Source: Phoronis australis (taxonomy: Eukaryota; Animalia; Phoronida). From it: a stretch of 64,000 nucleotides of DNA. The stretch lies in contig NMRA01000032.1 in the NCBI GenBank assembly GCA_002633005.1, positions 724,911-788,910 on the forward strand, in the 5' to 3' direction. A program made the translations under genes and the position numbers. Positions 56,373 to 64,000 of the stretch are shown one piece after another (position 1 is the stretch's first letter; the number at the start of each line of letters is the position of its first letter). Under the pieces are notes generated by a model. That model made no database searches. It was not told the origin of the DNA and saw only the letters and a program-made list of their open reading frames with translations.

Positions 56373-59300
56373 GTTATTCTAGGCTTTCCAGTAACAAACA
56401 GGGAGTTTTTGACTGGGATGAGTGGGTGGGTGGGCGAGGGGTTGAAGTGACTGGTAATCTGGGACTGATGCAATGAACAGGATGAATACCTAGGATACGG
56501 GTCCAGACACAGAATGAATGAGTTTCTACATTACTACGTAGTACCTACCGTATCGGGAGCGGTCTGCTCTCCCACAACCCCCATAGTGGGTAAGCCACTG
56601 CTGGAGTTCACAATTTTTGGTAATAGTGTTTTCAATTTTATATCTCACTAACTTATGAAATCGCCAATCGTTGCTCTTTTCAATGCTAAAAATGACATCG
56701 TCCTTGGTCAAGTTGTTATAAATTCTTACCCTAATAGTATAACACTATCAACTTTTAGGCCTGCATAGCCCCAAGGGATCTGTAATCGTTTCTAATCTGA
56801 GCAAGGTAGAAGTTCAGATATAACGCTTGCTCATTCCAAGCTCTGCTTATTTTTCGTGAAGTAAATAGAATGGATTTCATAACATACCAGTTTATTGTAC
56901 TGGATTCTTCTTGGGTTTATCAACTGTAAACTAACACTAATAGGAGCATAGGATAATAGCCACCTGTCTTAAGTTCGCACAAAAGTAGAGTACAAAATTC
57001 CAAACGTAATTTCGAGTTCCAATTCCTGTAAAAAGATCAATGACAGGGCCCAGGTATCAATTCCGGTATTTTTGGCACTTAATCGTGTTTGAAAGTGTTG
57101 TACTGTGTTTGGAAATTTGTTTGAAAAGCTGTTTTTTTTTGCTGAACAGCGTATGACCTTACTGGATTTAAGGGCCCCACCAGAGCATTTATTAGTGTGC
57201 CCTCCACTCATTTCCAATGTTCTATGTATATCAAATGCTTTGAGATGCCAGCAGGGTAGTATTCTGCATGCAGCTTTGTTGACCATTGTGGTCAGTGAGA
57301 ATGTCCTACTCACATGTGTATGAATGCATAGTGTGTGCACCTCATTCATGTACCACACCAGTATTGCCTGTGTGGTTATGGAAATGTGTAAGCTGCTTGT
57401 GTTGTATGGGCATTGTTGAGCTTGAAATGCTAGTTTTACTCCTATAAAACTAGGGATGTATTTATTGCGACATGTCTCCGTTATTGTTGTTACTAGTTTA
57501 TTGCTTAACCAGTGTATCTATTTTGAATATTCTTCAAGCCTTGGATGACTGATCTTTTCAGTTTAGGATAGTTATTGTTTGCATCCCAAGAAATGAATTA
57601 CATACTGTCTTTTTTAGTATTTTTATTCAGTGACTCCTGGTGTGGTTTTGAAAATGGTTGTTTTTTAGGCTGAAATGCAGATTTTTTACCAAGTTCTGCA
57701 ATGACCCTGTCATTTCCACATGGTTATCTTGAAAAGCAAATTCTTGTATACATATTATTGTCATCTTGTGAGGTGTGCAATTTATTGCGGTTTTCAGTGA
57801 CTGGTTCCACCAGGGATAGCAGTATTGTGCACCTACCGGTACTTTGCTCAAACCCATGTTTCATATTATTATATTGATAACTTTTCCTCGTGAAGGTAGT
57901 GATCTCAGCAGTTATATCACTTATGGTGTTTTGTCAAGTAGTAGAACCTTGTACTGCTATGACACAAATTTTGAAGGTTTCTATGTTGTAGTTAAGTCCC
58001 ACTTTAAATATTTTGCTCACCATGTGAGTTATTGTTTACATGGAGGGATTCATACTTATGGATGATCTCATCAGGGATTGCATGTAACACTATTTGGGTG
58101 TGTATATTTGTTACATGTTCATTGTATAAAGTGTATTGTTTATATTGCAGAGTTTATAATTGTTAGTTAAAAAGATTTCGGTAGGTTATCTCAACAGTGC
58201 TTAGTGCATGTTTTGCTCATCCTGTGAAATGTAATATTTATACTGAAGAGTTTATCATCGCTAGTGCCTGTGTCCCTTATTGCTTTTCCCATAGTATGAA
58301 CAACTAGTCATGTTAACGTTTGAAATTCTCATGTACAATATATATTACACTCTTCCGAAATCTTACACTTATTTTCATTGCCCAAGCACTAATCTGAAGA
58401 GTGGCCTACTAGTTATGTGGAATGCGCACAATGCAAAGTTAAAGCGAGGTGATCGTATGCCGCTGGGTTTTTGTTTTCTTACTCTTTGTGAACGCAGTGC
58501 CTGTAATTCGCATTTATTCCTAAGTTTATGCAATCATTTTAAATTACAAAACATGAAACCCTGGGAACCGGTGTGGCAGTTAAATTTTGACATCGACAAT
58601 ATATACGTGTCATTTGAAGTAGTAGCCCGTTGTAGGGTGCCACGACCAAAAATATGGGTACACATCACATGTTTAACCACAAACAACAAGTGAAAGAGTT
58701 ACTTTTTCAGGTAAGCGGCGCGTTGCGCGCTTTGGTTGTTTTTGTCCGTTTTAGGTGGCAAGTGGCGCTTTTTTCTTTGACGATTTCGCTGAGGTACGTT
58801 TCAGAAAATCCTACTGTAGGCCTAAGTCATTTTTTCTGTGCCAGTTAATTTAGGTACACAGCAACTGAAAAATGGATAAATCACGTCATTTTAAATCTCC
58901 ATATCGCTCCGTTATGGCCACTTCGACTTGGATGGATTTTGGCTCTTTCAAACACTCCTCCATGCTCTATTTTTTGAAGTTCGTTAACGAAAACGCGTAC
59001 CAGGATGTAAGGTTCGTGCCCTCCCCCTCGAGTTTTAGTTGGTAATTTTGACATGAAGATGATGGTGATATTTATGCGTTCCTTGACGAGAATTCCAGCA
59101 AGTCAAGTTTTGCCTAATTCAGCTTTTCATTCATTTTTATACCGTGTATGGTCGCTGGCAAAATAAGATACCATCAAGATTTTAGTCTAGATGTTTCCTA
59201 ACTCGATTTTTAGCCATAACACTGAGCGCGCAAGAGAAGACGGAACATATTTGCGACGTTTCGTTTACTCAAAGTTAATGAGCCTAAACGTCAGAAAATA

Positions 59301-61335
59301 TTTGTTTTCTCTTTCTCGCTTATAATGATTTTCAAGGGTTTCCGTTATTCAATTTCGGCAAGGTCGTCGCTTTCTCGCAAAACTACCGATTGGATGATCA
59401 ATTACGCACTTATTTACTCTCCGTTTTAACGTTGATCATCGTCAATACACCTCCAAAAATTGCACATCGTCTTTGCGCAAACTACATTGAGATTTAAGTC
59501 TCCCGAAAAAAGTTGACGATCGGATAGTGTTTAAAAGTCTAATTCTAAATTTCTCCACTTAGTGCACAAATGAAGTAAACGAAAGTAGTTCTGCTTGTCG
59601 CGTCAGCTGTTGGTATCATTATCTCGATTTATGACCCACAACGCGTGACTGGACAAAGCCTTTTCAAATTAGCCGGTGGAGCGTGAGACCCCTGAGGTCC
59701 CAATCGAGTCCTCACGACAACTTCGCGTTATGAGATGATTCACCGTCCAGTGTCATTTACCGCAATGATTTATTTTGCATCAAATCAGTAAGCGATGACG
59801 CACGTGTGGTTATCGGTCCCTTTGTCCGGGTCGGCCACGGGCTCGGCATAGTCGCCACGCGGCTCGGCGATCTGACTCGACACTGGAAATCGTCACAGCT
59901 CGCGCTTATCGTGAACCTCAGTCCTCGCTGCGTTCTGCGAGGCGGCCAGCCAATCCCTGCGGGGCGGGGAATCGCGACGCGACCGCGACGAGGTCCTGTG
60001 GTCCACTGCGGACCCCAGTAGGCGCGCCGTGCTTTTACAATTCAGCCGGTGCTGGGATACTTTCATCTGTTGTACGTGTTTGGTCTTACTAAGCTTTAAT
60101 GAATTTTAATTTTAGATAACTTACCAACTTGCTGATGGGAAAATCTACGATACGAAAAAGGGTGACCTTTCTAAGAAAATACATTTTTTCGATAAAAAAC
60201 TCTTCAAAAATTTAGGCCGGCAAATCAAAGACTCAACTTTATGACTGCGGGAACAATCCACGCAGTTCCCAACAGTGAATTAAGTCCGGCTCAGTTTTTA
60301 ATGGTACTTACTGACTCTAACAAGTTTTTCCTTTTTGTGAAGATCATCAATTCAAAGACGCACTGGGAAGAATTTCAACAAAAAGTTTTGTTTCAAAGGA
60401 ACTTGCGCCGTATTCGTTCGTACACCGTGGCATTGATAAGTTCCGTTGGCCGGAAAGCAACAGTGCAATGGCATAACGAGTGAAAATGTGACTGAGAAGT
60501 CATTACATTATTGTTTCAACAATCCACGTCTTGTAGTTCGTTAGCAACACGCATTTTTTACGTTGGCTCAAATTAGTAATCTGGCCGAAATCTACTGACT
60601 AGGATTCCAGGCGGGCGGCGAGGTCTGGAAACTAGGCCCACCCAAAAGATACCCCGGAGAGCCGGTAACTGTTTGCGTGTTTTAAAAATTTGATAGATTG
60701 CTCTAAATACGTATGTTTCGGTGAAAATTTTATGGTAGTGAATTAAGGCACTATATTGATTGCATGCAGTTACGTAACGAGATATCAGTTGGGTGACTTT
60801 GACGATGCCATTTCAGTCAGCTTAAAGGATGCAGTTTCACCGCTCAGTGCTGAATGCGAACATGCGGCATTGATGGGTGGCACACCCATGGGGCTGGAGG
60901 TATCCACTCCCCCCCGCCCGTGACTTTTTTCAGTGCTCAGTGGCGCCGCCAAGGGTCTTTTTTCAGTTGTATGGACGAATTTTGAGGGCTACTATAGGGC
61001 AATACAACTATATACGGTATATCCGGACGTTTGTCATCATTTTTGACACCGTATCCAAAAATACACTCCCCTCGTCATTTGGCCCATATTTTGGGAAATC
61101 CCGGTAGTTGATATCTCCGGCACCACAGTGGAGAGCAAGTGAGAAAATCTTAGTGTTCCCGGCCGGACCCATCTCTCTGGTCACGCTCACTTCTAATGTT
61201 TATCCCTATGAGCGACTTCCAAGAAATTCTGCGCGGATTGCTCTCTCAGAGTGCGCACTGTTCTGTTTCTTTACTGGGTAATCAGGTCAGAAGGTCAACA
61301 AGATCACTGACCCGGGATAACAACAGGAACTCAGG

Positions 61336-61666
61336 ATGGCGGCCGCGCGTTGTGGCTCCAACATTTTCGTTAAATACAACGTGTTTGATGCTGCAAGGAC
61401 GACAATAAGCCGATTTCAAGGTTTCAGAACTACATTTACACACGCTGGGTGTATTGCGTCTGCTCCCGTCCCTGAATTTGAGAATAATCCAAAGCTGAAA
61501 ACTTACGACGATCTGTACAGATTCAGTTTGGAAGAACCCGATTTGTTTTGGGGAAACATTGGACGAAGTAGGTTGCAATGGTTCAGGGATTTTGACAAGG
61601 TGCATGATTGTGATTTGGGCGAAGGGAAGATTTCTTGGTTTTTGAATGGAAAGATTAATGTATCTG
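61336..61666 (+). CDS. ACSS1: Acetyl-CoA synthetase (mitochondrial ACSS1-like), first coding exon; the gene continues beyond the window
   Basis: Arg/Ala/Thr-rich presequence-like N-terminus followed by the ACS N-terminal domain (YDDLYRFSLEEPDLFWGNIGRSRLQWFRDFDKV...KISWFLNGKINVS); donor G|GTAAGT. The paralog assignment rests on this single exon. Confidence 0.82.
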
Positions 61667-61879
61667 GTAAGTATACTTGGGCAACTTGGCTCAAAATGAA
61701 GCGATGTTGATATTGCATGGTGCTGCAAACAGTTTGTAGATGATTGCACAGGCACATTTAATCAGTCCTCAACTAAACACTAAATAAAGAGAAAGTTCCC
61801 TTTATTATAGTATATCGTGGAGGGCTGATAAAGGTGCCTGTGGTTATAACCTGTGACTCAGTCAGATTCATTACATTAC

Positions 61880-61996
61880 CATGGGCGGTGCACCATAGGG
61901 CTGGGGGGCTTCAGTGCTGCATGGCCCATGGTCTATAGGCTGTACACCACAGGGGGGCTTTAGCACCCCACTTTTTTCAGTGCTGCGCCGCCCATG
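61880..61996. mobile_element. Dimeric MITE, CATGGGCGG family (inverted relative to 56228), 5-bp TSD
   Basis: Termini CATGGGCGGTGCA...TGCGCCGCCCATG; ATTAC on both flanks; same internal TATAGACCATG junction as the 56228 copy. Confidence 0.85.
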
Positions 61997-64000
61997 ATTA
62001 CTCGTTAGGGTAGTTAGTTCGCTGCCTTAGGGTCAGGGGGTCATTCCACTCCTGCTTTGATCAACTCCTCAGCAGCTGTTGAACCAAACAATCCATCAGG
62101 AAAATAGTTACATGTATGTGAATATCATAAAACACAACTAATATAATTTCTAACCTGCAGTGTTTTGGCTAAGCTTAGTGCAAAACTGCCAGCGATAAGC
62201 ACCAATGAATGTAGATAGTGGCCAAACAAAATCTGACCACTGTCCTCTTTCTTTATTAAACTAATTTATAGTTATACAGGTGCTAAAAAAATCACAGTTG
62301 TGCTGTTATAATTCTGCCGTGAAATTTTTGGAGCGGTAAGGCGTGCCAGATTTTCAGGACCATGATAAAATGGATCGTCACCTATTGGCCAATTTCTTTT
62401 TTGGGCAATTCTTCAATCAATTCTTCACAGTCTAGTCTGTGGGAATCAGTTTTTACCAGCAAACTAATTTCAGAACCAAATTTTGCTTCGGCGAAGTTGT
62501 TCATAAGATGTCATGAATAATTAGTTGAGATAGGTTGTATCAGTTGGAATAATGCAGAGCACATTGGTGTTAGTTTGGGATGCAGCAAATTGTTGCCATG
62601 GTAATGTCTTTAATGCTACAGATTAACGGAAGGTTGGTAGGCAATAACTAAAGTCTTTTTTCACTTGTAATCTGACATGATTTCACCATCATTTTAATTT
62701 GGAACAAAACGACATTCCAGAAAAGTGAAGTGTAATGAACATTTTGATGTTTTTTTTTGTTTTTTGTATGTTTTCAGTAATCAATTAACATTAAAACAAA
62801 GCTGTTATTTGGTCCTGCTACTGCGTATCATTGCCAGCTATTAAAGTGACTGTGTCTGTTTAGCTGAATGTATCGACAAGCCTAATTTGTTTGATACTTC
62901 CCGGCTTAATAATTTATCTTATCTTGGATCCAATGTCTTATCCACGCAGACGTCTTTGTTTGCAAAATATATGTACCAAAAATATTAAAAACTGGAATTA
63001 TACTGAATTTCCTCATCAGATACGGAGCTTAATCCAGTAAAGGTTATAAATACACAATATACTGCTTCAATTTTCTTCAGTTGTGGAACTTCCGTGTACG
63101 ATTGCGAAGAAGTTAGGAGCGGGGTGACTACTTTCAGTTCACACTTTGCTGTTTTATGTTGAGTTAATCTAAGCATGCTTTTGATCCATTTGTTCTCTCC
63201 AATGGAACATTTGAACGCAGTGCTGCACTCTGAACCTAGTCATGTTTAAAAAGCACTGAGCCACGTTTAATTCTTTAGCCATGTTGACAAAAAGCCTTCA
63301 GAAGTTTTCCTGCTTTGCAAAACAAGTTATCGCATTTGTAACTATGGTAATGCCGTTTCGGGGAAAATGAAAATGAAACTAGTTGTTTCTGTGAATGAGC
63401 AGACAGTAGATGTTAGGACGTGAGAACGCGATGTGCAACTTAAACCACGTTTGCATTTTAACCCAAGGAGAACTCGGTACATCCTGAAACATTCAAACTT
63501 TTTCATATTCCGGGCTCAGCCACTCAGAATCCATTGGGTGTTATAAAACAATTGAGTTCTCACCCAGGTCCATGAACTTTTTGTTAAGCTGTGTTTAGTT
63601 ATACAGTCCAAGTGGGACAGTTGTGTGACTAAGAGCAGCGTTCATGAAGAACTGTTTTCTCTGACCTTATGCATGCCTTAATTTCTTGATTTGCAGCCAC
63701 TAGCAAAAGTCTAATCCCTTTCTAGGACTAGTTACCCCCTTCAAGCCTTAAATACAGATGATGGTTTCTGAAGTTTTGTTCAACCCCAGCAGGCTAGATT
63801 TTACTGTCACTCTTCTTTGAGATGACTACCGGTACTAACACAAGGAGTTGCAATGCTATATGGAATACACTCATTCTGCTGTGTATCTGAACTGAAAATT
63901 TTGATGGCATGTGGAGTGTCAAAATCAGTATGTAAAGGCATTGACCGCAACACTGTAGAGGTTTGATATAAAGCCTCTTGCTCCTAATCTGATAACAGTA

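Noticed and set aside
62864-62975. Possible ACSS1 exon 2 (TTTAG|CT GAA TGT ATC GAC AAG, 'ECIDK')
   Set aside because: Only superficially like NCxDRH; the following residues lack the expected AL.WE motif.

Overview
AT-rich eukaryotic (invertebrate animal-like) genomic DNA with spliceosomal introns, from a draft assembly (one ~526-nt N gap, several single-N contig joins). Genes reconstructed exon by exon: cyclin K (minus, runs off the left edge), poly(A) polymerase alpha (minus, 19 coding exons, ~694 aa), seipin/BSCL2 (plus, head-to-head with PAP), PIG-F (minus), a small pseudokinase-like exon (plus) and the first coding exon of a mitochondrial-type acetyl-CoA synthetase (plus). The most notable feature is a divergent two-exon Sox HMG-box gene (~412 aa) nested antisense in PAP intron 14. 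It has a SoxB1-type C-terminal motif, a strongly diverged HMG box, no group-B box and a CAG-encoded polyQ tract. Other observations: a U12-type intron in cyclin K, a GC-AG intron in PAP, an old tandem duplication giving PAP two candidate 8-nt first coding exons, six short TIR elements that all have 5-bp target-site duplications, tRNA-derived SINEs and a LINE 3' remnant. Near-identical blocks flanking single Ns are probably uncollapsed haplotypes that reveal structural polymorphisms. All calls come from manual reading and recalled family motifs; no searches were run.
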